Below are positions 1 to 10,047 of a DNA stretch of 64,000 nt, piece after piece. Within the stretch, counting starts at the first letter, position 1, and every line of letters starts with the position of its first letter. The notes beneath the pieces were generated by a model. It searched no databases and was not told the DNA's origin. It saw nothing but the letters and a program-made list of their open reading frames with translations. A program made the position numbers and the translations under genes. Source of the stretch: an uncultured Bacteriovoracaceae bacterium (GTDB lineage Bacteria; Bdellovibrionota; UBA2394); the NCBI GenBank assembly GCA_964626465.1, contig CAZVFP010000001.1:24932-88931 (forward strand), given 5' to 3'.

Positions 1-1088
1 CTTGGAGACTCGAGTTCAAAGCGAACGCTGAGATTTATCGATCCATCAAAAAGAGGAATGCTGAGCCGAGTGTTGATGTTTGAGAACTGATCCAGGGCCG
101 GAAACCTATCGGCATATATGGCTGAGCTTTGATCTGTGTAGTGCATTTGAGTCGCCAGATATTCTTTGGCGTTTGCTTTTCCAAAGATTATTTTCCTCGA
201 GGTCAGCCAGCTCACGAGATCGTTAAAAGGAATCTCAGCTCGTACACCGGCAGGGAGTTGACTTGGCCAAAGCTGGAGATTCAAGAAATTCTCATTGGCT
301 GTCCTATAGAACATTTCTTGCAAGCCTGAGTCCACATTGTCGGTCTTCATGCCAAATGGACGAAGTTTGTTTTTTAGTCGACGAATCACTTCAGAGAGAG
401 ATAGAGGGTCGACGCCTGCAACCAAATGCGAATACCGACCGGGGTATTGAAACACGGGTTTTGGTGCGTTCCTCCAGACTCGTGGATGCCAAAACCTTCT
501 GCCTACGCCGAAAACAACATCGCGCAGACTTTCGTCCTTGAAATTGCCGTCTCCAACGAGCAGGGCAATCGCCCCTGTTGGGAGTTTTCGTATATAAATG
601 GATTTCTTGACGGGATAATAAAGCAAATCGCCTAACTCGCTTAATAGTAAAGGGGTCTCTGTCAGTTGCAAAAAATCATCGTTATCAGCAGGGAGTTTCT
701 CAATCGACTGTCGCAGGGCTTCTAATGTCGTTTCAGACTGCCTTGAGATGTGGTCGGCTGGAACTATTCCTATTTTTAGACTTATGCGTTCGATCTCAGG
801 AATGACGATATCTCGAACAGGCTGCAGAGTGGTGGCAGCATACATGAGATCGATTGCAACACTATTCGCTAATTCTTGAACATCTGAGCGCCGAGGTCTT
901 TCACCTAAGTTCCAGAGCAAGGGGCCGCTTGAGAGTTGAAACGCTGACGACGGAGGGTGCTTGAACGGAATGAAACGATCGAGTAGACGTCCAAGACCTC
1001 TGGCGCATTCAATTTGTGGCAACCGAGGAGTTTCAGCGGATGCTCCCGCTTCGCTGATCATGACAACACTATAAAGAAAGAAAAACAT
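1..1088 (-). CDS. Secreted hypothetical protein, partial. The C-terminus runs off the window start. Begins MFFFLYSVVMISEAGASAETP. It is absent from the ORF track because no stop codon falls inside the window.
   Basis: The reverse-strand reading frame is open from 1088 down to position 1 (hand-translated). N-terminal hydrophobic signal-like segment. No recognisable catalytic motifs. Confidence 0.55.
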   Translation of the reverse strand, partial: MFFFLYSVVMISEAGASAETPRLPQIECARGLGRLLDRFIPFKHPPSSAFQLSSGPLLWNLGERPRRSDVQELANSVAIDLMYAATTLQPVRDIVIPEIERISLKIGIVPADHISRQSETTLEALRQSIEKLPADNDDFLQLTETPLLLSELGDLLYYPVKKSIYIRKLPTGAIALLVGDGNFKDESLRDVVFGVGRRFWHPRVWRNAPKPVFQYPGRYSHLVAGVDPLSLSEVIRRLKNKLRPFGMKTDNVDSGLQEMFYRTANENFLNLQLWPSQLPAGVRAEIPFNDLVSWLTSRKIIFGKANAKEYLATQMHYTDQSSAIYADRFPALDQFSNINTRLSIPLFDGSINLSVRFELESP

Positions 1089-1251
1089 TAGAGTGTCATC
1101 CTGCAGGTAGTGTCTGACTGGGCCAGAGCTATTTTCATCATCACCGCGATAACATTTCCATGTGGACCATGCAAGGAGGCTCTCTGACCCCCAGCGGCAT
1201 TTCTCCCCTTAACTTGACGGGGCCGGAGCGATCATTGATCCTGGATATATA

Positions 1252-1713
1252 ATGATCTTGGATATTTGGAAGAGTTTGTCGAGAGTTCCGTTTGGTCAGT
1301 GGCTTTTTAATTTGTTCATTTCTTGGAAAATTCCCTATACGGGGTCTGTATCGCCTAAAGTCGTAGAGTTTGAAGCAGGGCGATCTCGAGTGAAGATGCG
1401 TGATCGGCGCAGAATCCGCAATCATCTTGATTGTATTCATGCCATTGCATTGATGAATCTTGGAGAATTTACAACCGGACTTGCGGTAGTCTCTACCCTT
1501 TCAGAAAAATTTAGATATATTCTTGTGCATCTAGAAATTGATTTTCTCAAAAAAGCACGGGGCACAGTGGAAGCAAACGCAGTCTTCTCGAGAGCTGAGC
1601 CCTTCACTGAACAGAAGACCTATGTTGTAGAATCTCAAATAAAAAATGGGGCCGGCGAATGCGTCGCGAAAGTTCGCGCTCATTGGTTGGTGGGGCCGAA
1701 AGACATCGCATGA
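1252..1713 (+). CDS. DUF4442 / YiiD C-terminal-like hotdog-fold thioesterase family protein.
   Basis: The stretch IRNHLDCIHAIALMNLGEFTTGLA...LKKARGTVEA matches the YiiD C-terminal hotdog pattern. It overlaps the next gene by 4 bp (ATGA). Confidence 0.7.
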   Translation: MILDIWKSLSRVPFGQWLFNLFISWKIPYTGSVSPKVVEFEAGRSRVKMRDRRRIRNHLDCIHAIALMNLGEFTTGLAVVSTLSEKFRYILVHLEIDFLKKARGTVEANAVFSRAEPFTEQKTYVVESQIKNGAGECVAKVRAHWLVGPKDIA

Positions 1714-2699
1714 GCACGGCACTGACTGAAAAATTAAAAATTGAAGTGCCCATTATTTGTGGGGCGATGTACCCCTGCAGCAATCCAGAGCTTGTTGCCG
1801 CGGTTTCCGAAGCTGGAGCGATCGGCGTTATTCAGCCCCTCTCGCTGACATATGTTTGGGGATATGATTTTCGTGCGGGTGTGAAGAAGATAAAAGGGCT
1901 CACAAAAAAACCATTTGGAATGAATGTTCTGCTCGAAAAAACATCGAGATCTTATGAAAAAAGAATGCGTGAATGGGTTGATATCGCACTTGAAGAAGGA
2001 TGTCGATTTTTTGTGACGGCGCTTGGAAATCCTCGCGAGTTGTGTGGTCAAGTGAAGCCCCTGGGTGCTGTGGTTTTTCACAATGTGACCGAAAGAAAAT
2101 GGGCGCTTAAAGCATTAGAGAATGGAGTTGATGGATTAATCTGCGTGAACAATCGTGCAGGCGGACATGCGGGCACAGAATCTCCAGAAAATTTATTGCG
2201 AGATTTAAGTGACTTAAATGTTCCTCTTGTTTGTGCGGGAGGGATCGGCTCTGAAGATGAATTTCTGTCGGCGCTTCATAAAGGCTATTGTGGGGTTCAG
2301 ATGGGGACTCGTTTCATCGCAACAGTCGAATGCCAGGCCCACGATGATTATAAGCAAGCCATCGTTCGAGCGCACGAGAGTGATATCGTACTGACAGAGC
2401 GTGTTACGGGAATTCCTTTGTCGGTTATTCGAACTCCCTATGTGGATCAGGTTGGCACAAAGGCTGGTTCAGTGGCGCGGTTTTTGCTGAAGCATCGTCG
2501 GACAAAGGAGTGGATGAGATTATTCTATAACTTGCGCGCGCTATTTCAGATGAAGCAGAGCGCGCGCAAGGGGCTTTCAACAAAGGATTATTGGCAGGCC
2601 GGCAAAAGTGTTGAACATATCGAGCGTATTGAAACTGTAAAAGAGATTGTGGCGCGATTCGCAAAAACTGCGGACCCTACTTTTCAGCCCCGTTCTTAG
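1710..2699 (+). CDS. NMO-family flavin oxidoreductase (nitronate monooxygenase / FabK-like enoyl reductase).
   Basis: MSTALTEKLKIEVPIICGAMY, GGIGSEDEF and GVQMGTRF are typical NMO/2-nitropropane dioxygenase TIM-barrel motifs. The internal Met start at 1710 is chosen because it gives a 4-bp overlap with the upstream gene. Confidence 0.8.
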   Translation: MSTALTEKLKIEVPIICGAMYPCSNPELVAAVSEAGAIGVIQPLSLTYVWGYDFRAGVKKIKGLTKKPFGMNVLLEKTSRSYEKRMREWVDIALEEGCRFFVTALGNPRELCGQVKPLGAVVFHNVTERKWALKALENGVDGLICVNNRAGGHAGTESPENLLRDLSDLNVPLVCAGGIGSEDEFLSALHKGYCGVQMGTRFIATVECQAHDDYKQAIVRAHESDIVLTERVTGIPLSVIRTPYVDQVGTKAGSVARFLLKHRRTKEWMRLFYNLRALFQMKQSARKGLSTKDYWQAGKSVEHIERIETVKEIVARFAKTADPTFQPRS

Positions 2700-3751
2700 T
2701 GAGTCTTTATTTCCGTTTCGAGCTGTGCAATCCATTGGTTCAGAAGCGCAAGTACTTCTGAATTTGTTGCGACTCGAGACTCCCGACTGTCAATGAAACG
2801 AAAAAGCAATTCCTTCGTTTCTTTTTCGAGCCTTGGATTTTGAAAGAGGACGGTCTCCGAAACGAGCTCCTTCATCCGCGCAAGACTTGGCACAATTTCT
2901 TTTATTGATTCAAATCCGGAATAGATTTCTGGCCGACGAGCGCTCATGACACAGGCCTCAAATAACATTATTCCGATCGCGTAGTAATCAAAACTCGAAG
3001 TGATTCCCAAATCTGCGTAGTCTTGAAGTGGATAATACGGGCTGGTCAAAATCAAGTCGGTGTCGCCCCACTTCTTCCACATTTTAGAAATCATCTTGGG
3101 CGATCGAATTCCTGTAGGGTCAATGACCACCACTTTTTTCAGAGAGCTTCCGGAAATATCCTCAAGCATAATATTGGGCGGAGCTAAGTCCATGGCGACA
3201 AGGCCATTGTGATGTAGCGCATCTAAGAATTCGAGCACGACTTTCATGTATCCGATGTATCGAATCAAAAAATTTAGGCGTGCCATTTCAGTTTGAGATG
3301 GATCCATGTGGATACTGTAAAAGTCATCTAATTCTACTCGAAGGGTTTTGCCTCGTACCAGGTCCATTGAGATTCCATGAGTTAATCGATTCTCAGCAGA
3401 TCCTCCGCGTGGAAGAGACAGAGCGAGGGTTCCTCGAAATTGCACAAGATGGGGAGGTCTAATCGTCGCAAGACTGCGATAGATGCGTTCTTCTTGTGCA
3501 AGAGTGCTCGATCTTTCATCGAGGGGAACCTTGAAGGCTCTCACGTTATCTGGATTCTTTCGATCTGAAATTTTGTAGACCCGGCCAAAACCGCCAGTAC
3601 CAATTAAAGGTCCAACGCTCCACAATTGGTCATCTGATTGCAGGCCGAATTTTGCTCTTTCGACGACGCGACCTGTGAAACGACGCAAGTCAGCCCAACA
3701 AGTAAAATTTCCTGTAAGCAATAAGAAACTGATCGTTAACTGGGTCAGCAT
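2696..3751 (-). CDS. Hanks-type (eukaryotic-like) protein kinase domain protein with N-terminal signal-peptide-like segment.
   Basis: Kinase subdomains read in order: Gly-loop IGTGGFGRVYK; VAIK-like RAFKV; conserved Glu in EERIYRSL; catalytic loop HNGLVAMDLAPPN (D and N retained; Lys of HRDLKPEN replaced by Ala, DLAxxN-like); DFG-like DPTG; DxxxxG as DYYAIG. N-terminus MLTQLTISFLLLTGNFTCWA is hydrophobic. Confidence 0.7.
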   Translation of the reverse strand: MLTQLTISFLLLTGNFTCWADLRRFTGRVVERAKFGLQSDDQLWSVGPLIGTGGFGRVYKISDRKNPDNVRAFKVPLDERSSTLAQEERIYRSLATIRPPHLVQFRGTLALSLPRGGSAENRLTHGISMDLVRGKTLRVELDDFYSIHMDPSQTEMARLNFLIRYIGYMKVVLEFLDALHHNGLVAMDLAPPNIMLEDISGSSLKKVVVIDPTGIRSPKMISKMWKKWGDTDLILTSPYYPLQDYADLGITSSFDYYAIGIMLFEACVMSARRPEIYSGFESIKEIVPSLARMKELVSETVLFQNPRLEKETKELLFRFIDSRESRVATNSEVLALLNQWIAQLETEIKTH

Positions 3752-3885
3752 CGTGAAACTCGAGCTTTTATAACAGAAGCGGAAACTTTTGTATTCTCAA
3801 ATGCTAAGTTGTTGATTCGATTTGATTTATCACAGCCTCAACTGGCTACTGTTTAATCAAGGACCCTCTGATATATTGGCTTTGA

Positions 3886-4677
3886 GTGCGGTATCTCTCC
3901 TATTTACATTTTCTTCGGGTTTCTTTGCTGGTGATTGGACTGTCTGTTTTCTTTGGGAGCGTCCGCCTGGTTTTTGGCGCGTCGAAGCGAGAGTGTTCAA
4001 TATCTTTAGGGAGGCTCATCGTCGAGTCCGATGCGTCTTTCAGTGACCCATTCGATTTTGCGATAAGAAAAACTTCGAAGGGCTTTTTTATTCCTGCTCG
4101 TGTTTCTCTGAAATCCCTTGCCGATGGCGATGAAATGGAGACTGCAAAGATATATCAATTTTTTCTTGAGCAGACTCGAGCCCAATCTCTGCTTCTTTTG
4201 CCGAGTTGGAAAGGCATTGCGATTCCAGCATTCGATGGAGTCGTGTTCGATGCTGATGGAAAAGTTCGCTATAATATTCAAATTAAATATATTTCGATAG
4301 GGGGCATTGAGTCTGCTCTCCGTTCAATAATGAATAAGGTAAACAAGTGGTCCGCAAAGGATGAAACCTGGCGGAAGCACTTGAATCATCTGAAATCGTC
4401 TGTGCAGACACAGTGGCTGAAAAATATTCTGCCGGTTTTTGGAGTCGGATCTAAGCCACTTCGAAAAACCCAGATCGTTATCCGAATTAAGGGCAATCCA
4501 GCGGAGTCAGATGTTAAAAGCCTTGTTGAAGAAATTCGTTCTAAGTGGAAAGTCTGGCCGTTGAGGCTGGATTCGGTGGTTTTATTGACCTCGACACAAG
4601 CGATTTCAGTCACTGAGCATGATGTGCATAAGAAGGATTGGGATTCGATTGGTCTTTTACCTGCAGATCGTCGCTGA
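3886..4677 (+). CDS. Hypothetical protein with N-terminal hydrophobic segment.
   Basis: 263-aa ORF. N-terminal LLVIGLSVFFGSV segment. No recognisable motif. Confidence 0.5.
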   Translation: MRYLSYLHFLRVSLLVIGLSVFFGSVRLVFGASKRECSISLGRLIVESDASFSDPFDFAIRKTSKGFFIPARVSLKSLADGDEMETAKIYQFFLEQTRAQSLLLLPSWKGIAIPAFDGVVFDADGKVRYNIQIKYISIGGIESALRSIMNKVNKWSAKDETWRKHLNHLKSSVQTQWLKNILPVFGVGSKPLRKTQIVIRIKGNPAESDVKSLVEEIRSKWKVWPLRLDSVVLLTSTQAISVTEHDVHKKDWDSIGLLPADRR

Positions 4678-4681
4678 GAGG

Positions 4682-5311
4682 TTATCGCCAAATCTCGACG
4701 GGCGGATGCGTTAGGAATGTTTTAAGAATATCAGTCGACGTTACAATACCAACGATCGCGTGTGTTGAATCAATTACGGGCAGACAAGGCAACTTTTCAT
4801 GCAGCATCAATGCGACCACCTCTCGGAGGGGGGCCTTTGGATCGACGGTGATAACTTTTTTTGTCATGACCTCGGAAATGCGACTTTCCGAATTTAAGCA
4901 TAAATCTCTATCAGAGACGATACCAACTAGGCTTCCCTCCGCAGACATGACCGGAAAATGACGGTATTGAGTTTTTCTCATGAGATTTTTGATATCGTCT
5001 GATGTCGCATTTTCGAGAACCGTCATTGGTGACCGGCTCATGATCGCTTCAACGACAAGTGGGTGCGAAAGAGCAGAGTCTTCAATCTGATCTTCGTAAC
5101 CTTTTGGAAGATGCCTCTTTGGTGATCCTTCCCTCTTTGAATTTTTCAAATCCGCTTTGGGTTGTTCCAATTCCGATGCACCAAAAGTTGGAATAGCTTG
5201 CTTCTCTATGGCATGATTTGCCGAAATTCTCTCGAGCGCTGAAACTCTGTCGAAAATATGCGACGGTTTATAGGGCTCGAGAGTTCGTCTTTCGTTGAGA
5301 ACATAAAACAC
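4682..5311 (-). CDS. CBS domain pair protein.
   Basis: Two CBS-like repeats: HFPVMSAEGSLVGIVSDRDL and LPCLPVIDSTHAIVGIVTSTDILK. Confidence 0.7.
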   Translation of the reverse strand: MFYVLNERRTLEPYKPSHIFDRVSALERISANHAIEKQAIPTFGASELEQPKADLKNSKREGSPKRHLPKGYEDQIEDSALSHPLVVEAIMSRSPMTVLENATSDDIKNLMRKTQYRHFPVMSAEGSLVGIVSDRDLCLNSESRISEVMTKKVITVDPKAPLREVVALMLHEKLPCLPVIDSTHAIVGIVTSTDILKTFLTHPPVEIWR

Positions 5312-5358
5312 CCTCCATTTTATGGAGCTTTGTCTCTGTTCGCAATCAAACTTGCAAA

Positions 5359-6108
5359 TTAGCGATGCGCGACGGCCGGCAAATCGATTTCGGTTTCTTT
5401 ATTGCCGCATGTGGGATGTTTAAAGCCATTCGCTTCCTCACTTGCTTTTAGATAAATGATATTATCATCCTTGTTGGGGCTGACGCCGGCAGGAACATAA
5501 TCCAAACCTAAGTTTTTGCGCATTTTCCAGGCAATATTGTGGTCTGCACATGAGGTGTCACCGCTGACGCCCAAAGCTCCGAGCAATTGGCCTTTCGCAT
5601 TATAAAGAGCAAGGCCACCACCAAATACATTCACGCCGCCAATGCGTTTTCCGACAAGAGGATCGGCCGCCTGACCAAATTTTTCTGCTTTTCCGGCGTA
5701 TGCAGCTTCAGTGTTGACGGGATTGCTGAGTTGAAGGCCATAGAGGCTGCCACCAGGTTGCACTGCTGAAAATAGATTTGCCGTCGAGAGTGCAAGTTTG
5801 GGGAGACTGAATGCATTCGCAGTATTCGCTTTCTGGGCAGAGATAACACGGCTCCCAGGCCATTGGTCGCCACGGTCGCTTCCGGTAAATACAACAGAAC
5901 AAACAATTCCGTCTCGGTTCACAATGCTCGCCCACATGTCTAGATTTAGACCGCCGTTATTTTCAGCTCGCGCTTTGGAGAGCGCTGCTTTCACCTGTTT
6001 CCAGCCAGGAAGTGTTGAGCAATCACCGGCTTCAGTGCTGGCATTCGAAATAATTGACAAAGTAAGACATAACGCAAAAATAATATTTTTTCTCATGTGA
6101 CGAAACAT
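5359..6108 (-). CDS. Secreted GlcG/HbpS-like (DUF336) putative heme-binding protein.
   Basis: Signal peptide, then GGVNVFGGGLALY...GALGVSGDTSCADHNIA, which resembles the DUF336 GxxGVSG core. Confidence 0.65.
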   Translation of the reverse strand: MFRHMRKNIIFALCLTLSIISNASTEAGDCSTLPGWKQVKAALSKARAENNGGLNLDMWASIVNRDGIVCSVVFTGSDRGDQWPGSRVISAQKANTANAFSLPKLALSTANLFSAVQPGGSLYGLQLSNPVNTEAAYAGKAEKFGQAADPLVGKRIGGVNVFGGGLALYNAKGQLLGALGVSGDTSCADHNIAWKMRKNLGLDYVPAGVSPNKDDNIIYLKASEEANGFKHPTCGNKETEIDLPAVAHR

Positions 6109-6311
6109 GCGCGAACAGCAAAAAAATGAAAAGCTCTAATCTTTGATTTTTTGCTTTTGAAATACGTCTCTCAACGGCTGAGTTAAATAATTCTCTCCAG
6201 TCTTCTGTCTCTGTTACTTTTTCAGCGTCAGTGAGTGCTCGTGTCTCTGCTGGCTGATCTGGATTTTTGGTTCCAGTTTGCAAGACTTTTAAAATCTGCT
6301 TCGATAAATGC

Positions 6312-7142
6312 ATGAACTTTAAATTGCGAATGCTGTTGCCTTTGTTTCTGGTGGTGATCTCTTTTATTCAAGTGGGCTGCGCTGTCTCTCCTCTTGGACG
6401 GAGGCAAATCAAACTGATGCCTGCGGGTCAAATGGATGCAATGGGTATTCAGGCATTTAATGAGATGAAGTTGAAGGCACCACAAGATAAAAATCCTCAG
6501 ATGAATTCATATATCCGATGTGTGGCAAATGCGCTCTTAGATGTATTGCCGGAAGAGACTGGCGCCATTTCTGCGGAGGGTTGGGAAATCGTGGTCTTCG
6601 ATGATAAGACGGCCAATGCTTTTGCTCTGCCTGGAAAAAAAATAGGAGTGCATTCTGGAATTTTGCCTGTTGCGCATACTCCGGACGCGCTGGCCGCTGT
6701 GATTGGGCATGAGATCGGCCATGTCATCGCCGGGCATGGTAATGAACGTGTTTCGGAGGCATTTATTGCACAGGGCGGGCTCGCGGTTGTGGGCTCGATT
6801 CTGAAAGATAAGGAAAGCCCTCGTTATAATTTGCTGATGGGTGCTCTTGGTCTTGGCGCTCAGTTCGGTGTCTTGCTTCCGCATAGCAGAACCCAAGAGT
6901 CAGAAGCCGATATCATCGGTTTAAGATTGATGGCGAGAGCTGGGTTTAATCCTGATGATAGTGTGACTTTGTGGCAGAATATGGAGAAGACGTCTGGCAC
7001 CTCGGGTCCGGAATTTTTGTCGACCCATCCGGCGCACGGAACTCGGATTGAAAATCTGAGAAAAAATATTCCGCTTGTTTCTTCATTTTATCTTGAGCGC
7101 AAAGCAAAAAATACGTTGCCTCACTGTAGTTATCGAAATTGA
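6312..7142 (+). CDS. M48-family zinc metallopeptidase, probable lipoprotein.
   Basis: HEIGH zinc motif in IGHEIGHVIAGH. Downstream ESEAD Glu. N-terminal signal ending VGC (lipobox-like). Start chosen at MNFKLRMLLPLFLVV. Confidence 0.85.
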   Translation: MNFKLRMLLPLFLVVISFIQVGCAVSPLGRRQIKLMPAGQMDAMGIQAFNEMKLKAPQDKNPQMNSYIRCVANALLDVLPEETGAISAEGWEIVVFDDKTANAFALPGKKIGVHSGILPVAHTPDALAAVIGHEIGHVIAGHGNERVSEAFIAQGGLAVVGSILKDKESPRYNLLMGALGLGAQFGVLLPHSRTQESEADIIGLRLMARAGFNPDDSVTLWQNMEKTSGTSGPEFLSTHPAHGTRIENLRKNIPLVSSFYLERKAKNTLPHCSYRN

Positions 7143-7274
7143 TTTGTTTTAATTCTCAACATATGGCCGAGCGAACCTTTGGGTCTGTCGCAGCGAGGCT
7201 TTTCCGTCCGGAAGGGCCTTCGCTATGTGTTTTTGAAGCGCTTGGCTGCATGGCGCCCGTATTCACTAGACAAA

Positions 7275-8552
7275 ATGAAATTCATTGGCTTGAAGTTCTC
7301 CATGATAAGGCCCGTTTTACTCGCTTTGATTCTTTCTTTCGCGTCGACGACTGCGCAGCCGCTCAGAGACGTGCGAGGGTGTCCATCACTTTTGAAAGAC
7401 TTGGCGCTATCGGACCTGAACGTTTCTTTAGGGGATTTTCCGGTTCCGCAGTTTTCGTTTGCACGTGCTTCGGGCGATTTTGTCTCTCCAGAATCTATGG
7501 CTGCAAGAATAGAAGAAATAAAAAAACTTCATCCAGGCATCGAGGATTTGTCGCAATTGGTGACGTTTTCGCCAGATTCTATAGAGGATGCGGAATTATA
7601 TTCCAGTCGGGATCGCCTGCAGCGGCTTCTCACCGATCCACAAAATGGCACCAGGCAATTGGTGGGTTTGAGCGTGGTGCGAGGTGAAGATTTGCAAAAG
7701 TATTGGAAGCTTATCTCAACGAGACAGAAAGAATCGCCTTTCGTGTTCGGGCAAAAGACTTCTATCTTTCATCCCTTTTTAGTCGCCGCTATAACATCGT
7801 ATATGATGATGGGCTACGATATGTTAAACAATGGCGGAGAGAAGACCATCCCGAGATCGATATTCCTCAGTTTGCTGCCTACTTTTGTTTTTCAATTTAT
7901 CTTTTTGCGAGGGGATTTGAATTATCTGAAACTTGCTCGGAATTGGGAGACGACGAAATCGAGAACTCTTTCAATTCTTGAAGCCGTCCAGATGGGGGCC
8001 GTCAGCATTGGATTAATGCGGTACGCCTGGCAGCATGATCCCCACTTGTATCATCCTGCAGCTTTGTTTCTTTTTGGATCCTTGATGTCTGGAATAGGAA
8101 CGACGAAGCAGACTCGCTTGATTTCAAATCTGTTGCATTGTGCATCATTCATCGCGGCCGGAGCTTGGTGGCTGAGCCTTCATCACGTACCGGATGCTTG
8201 GTCGATTGCGGCAGGCTTGCTGACAGGGGTAGCCGTAGACAAAGTTGCATCGTCATTGAGGAAACCAACTGATCTTGAGGATCTTTCTCAACTTCCCATG
8301 ACAGATCCAAAGGAACTTGAACCAATGCACTTGATTCGCAGATTTGAAATGCGAAGAGTGCGCGACAAGCCCGCAATCGACTTTCTTTTCGAGGAGGTTG
8401 GACGGACTCATCCGAATGTCATGTACGCGTCTGGTACTCGCGAAATGACACCGGTTCTAGTGATGCATCAGTTGCTTTTGCCGCAACAAGGCGGCCAAAG
8501 GTCACGTGACTGGAACCTTCTGCAGTTTTTTGAGATTGAATTCAAAAAGTAG
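7275..8552 (+). CDS. Hypothetical polytopic membrane protein.
   Basis: Signal/TM-like N-terminus MKFIGLKFSMIRPVLLALILSFA. Several hydrophobic helices. Start uncertain; the ORF opens at 7179. Confidence 0.5.
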   Translation: MKFIGLKFSMIRPVLLALILSFASTTAQPLRDVRGCPSLLKDLALSDLNVSLGDFPVPQFSFARASGDFVSPESMAARIEEIKKLHPGIEDLSQLVTFSPDSIEDAELYSSRDRLQRLLTDPQNGTRQLVGLSVVRGEDLQKYWKLISTRQKESPFVFGQKTSIFHPFLVAAITSYMMMGYDMLNNGGEKTIPRSIFLSLLPTFVFQFIFLRGDLNYLKLARNWETTKSRTLSILEAVQMGAVSIGLMRYAWQHDPHLYHPAALFLFGSLMSGIGTTKQTRLISNLLHCASFIAAGAWWLSLHHVPDAWSIAAGLLTGVAVDKVASSLRKPTDLEDLSQLPMTDPKELEPMHLIRRFEMRRVRDKPAIDFLFEEVGRTHPNVMYASGTREMTPVLVMHQLLLPQQGGQRSRDWNLLQFFEIEFKK

Positions 8553-8570
8553 ACCTTTTGAAATAGCAGA

Positions 8571-9017
8571 TTGTGTGAGGCTAATCCCTCAGATAAAATC
8601 AAAGTCGTGATAGCAATATCCATTCACGATAATCATTTGTTGAGTTATACAGTTGATTCAGAGAAGCATGAGATTGTTCTGCGGACAGTTTCTCGGGAAC
8701 ATGAACCTCCGGAGTATGCGAATATATTATTTTCAGGAGTCATCGCTTACGACTTTAAATTTGATTCTTTCGGGACAATTCTTTTTGAGGTCAGCGAGAG
8801 CTCACCTGCTGATATTTTTCGCAAAAACCAAAGCCTGTTTAAAGAGGGAAAATTGCGAAGTTGGCCGATTTTCTTGCGCTATGATTCAGACGCGGATTTT
8901 GAGAAGTATCTTCTCGACAATCATATCAAAGGATTTTTTCTGAGCTCGAGTTGTGGAATGGAAGGTTGGATAATGGCGAACTCTGTAGGTGTTCGCGCTT
9001 GTGGTCTCACTGGTTAA
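8571..9017 (+). CDS. Hypothetical protein.
   Basis: 148-aa ORF. No motif recognised. Start uncertain. Confidence 0.35.
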   Translation: MCEANPSDKIKVVIAISIHDNHLLSYTVDSEKHEIVLRTVSREHEPPEYANILFSGVIAYDFKFDSFGTILFEVSESSPADIFRKNQSLFKEGKLRSWPIFLRYDSDADFEKYLLDNHIKGFFLSSSCGMEGWIMANSVGVRACGLTG

Positions 9018-9124
9018 TTTTTCTTTCTTGGAAAGCACGCTGCTGCTTCGTCGAATTGATCGCGCGGCTGAGTCGGCTGAACTAAGTCGGCTCTTGCAGA
9101 AATTGCCCCCATCCAGATCCGGAT

Positions 9125-9901
9125 TTGCCAGGAGCTGAGGAATTCTACAGTGATAAGATTCCTCAGATTCTTAGGACAAAAATCACTGACCTTCGGACAT
9201 TTTTAGGTTTTGGTCTGTGGCTCAATGGCCTCACGTCTAACGACTGGCCAATGGATGATGGTGATGCCAATAATAGAACTATTGCGCCACTGATTGAAGG
9301 GCTTATCAATCATGCGGCAGCCCATAACTATTTCGGACTAGAAGAGGTAGATCGCAATCCATTATATTTGCGCGTCGTTCCTTTTTACCATCTGGCAAGA
9401 AAATATCAGTTGATCAGAGGTGTCGTCGTTTCTGAAGAAACTGCATTATCTGCTATATCAAAGATAGATGATACAGAGAATGAGAGAGATATAGTCCGTT
9501 TGATTGCAGATTTGCCGAGGGGAAATCGATTTTTGGTCAAGGACGGGGGACCGCAGAGCGTGACTTTTGGCCGATCATACTACACTGATTTAATTCCGAA
9601 CCTCATTGCAAGAAAGCTTACGAGCCTTCCTATATTGTCGGCGTTCTATCGTTGGGCATGGTCGATTGATCATTGGTTGCCCTCAACCTTGTGGCCGAGT
9701 TCTCCGAAAGATCGTCAGGAACAATGGGGGATTTTAATGGCAGCATTTCACGGCGCAGCAGTTAGACATAAGTTGCAAATCGACAGTGCAGATGCCGCGG
9801 TTTTGGTAGCGCCGTATACGCCGAAATTGGGTGAATCGGCATATTTCCTGGCAACGAAGTATGACGGATGCCAGAGAGGTTTGGCGAGATTCGCTCACTG
9901 A
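9125..9901 (+). CDS. Hypothetical protein.
   Basis: 258-aa ORF without a signal peptide. No recognisable motif. Confidence 0.5.
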   Translation: MPGAEEFYSDKIPQILRTKITDLRTFLGFGLWLNGLTSNDWPMDDGDANNRTIAPLIEGLINHAAAHNYFGLEEVDRNPLYLRVVPFYHLARKYQLIRGVVVSEETALSAISKIDDTENERDIVRLIADLPRGNRFLVKDGGPQSVTFGRSYYTDLIPNLIARKLTSLPILSAFYRWAWSIDHWLPSTLWPSSPKDRQEQWGILMAAFHGAAVRHKLQIDSADAAVLVAPYTPKLGESAYFLATKYDGCQRGLARFAH

Positions 9902-10047
9902 CCTCATTCCCGAGATGCGAATTGAATTTGTTTGGCTCGCACCTATTTTTTTTGGTCGCTTATTTTTCTTGGCTCGGCGTGAGAATGGTCTTGTGTCTTA
10001 AAAGTCCTGTATTTTAAAAATGGCAAGGACAAAAAAATACAGGCAAT

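Noticed and set aside
5587-6100. Overlapping ORFs of 60-100 aa on both strands inside the GlcG-like gene.
   Set aside because: They lie entirely within a longer motif-supported CDS and have no independent support.
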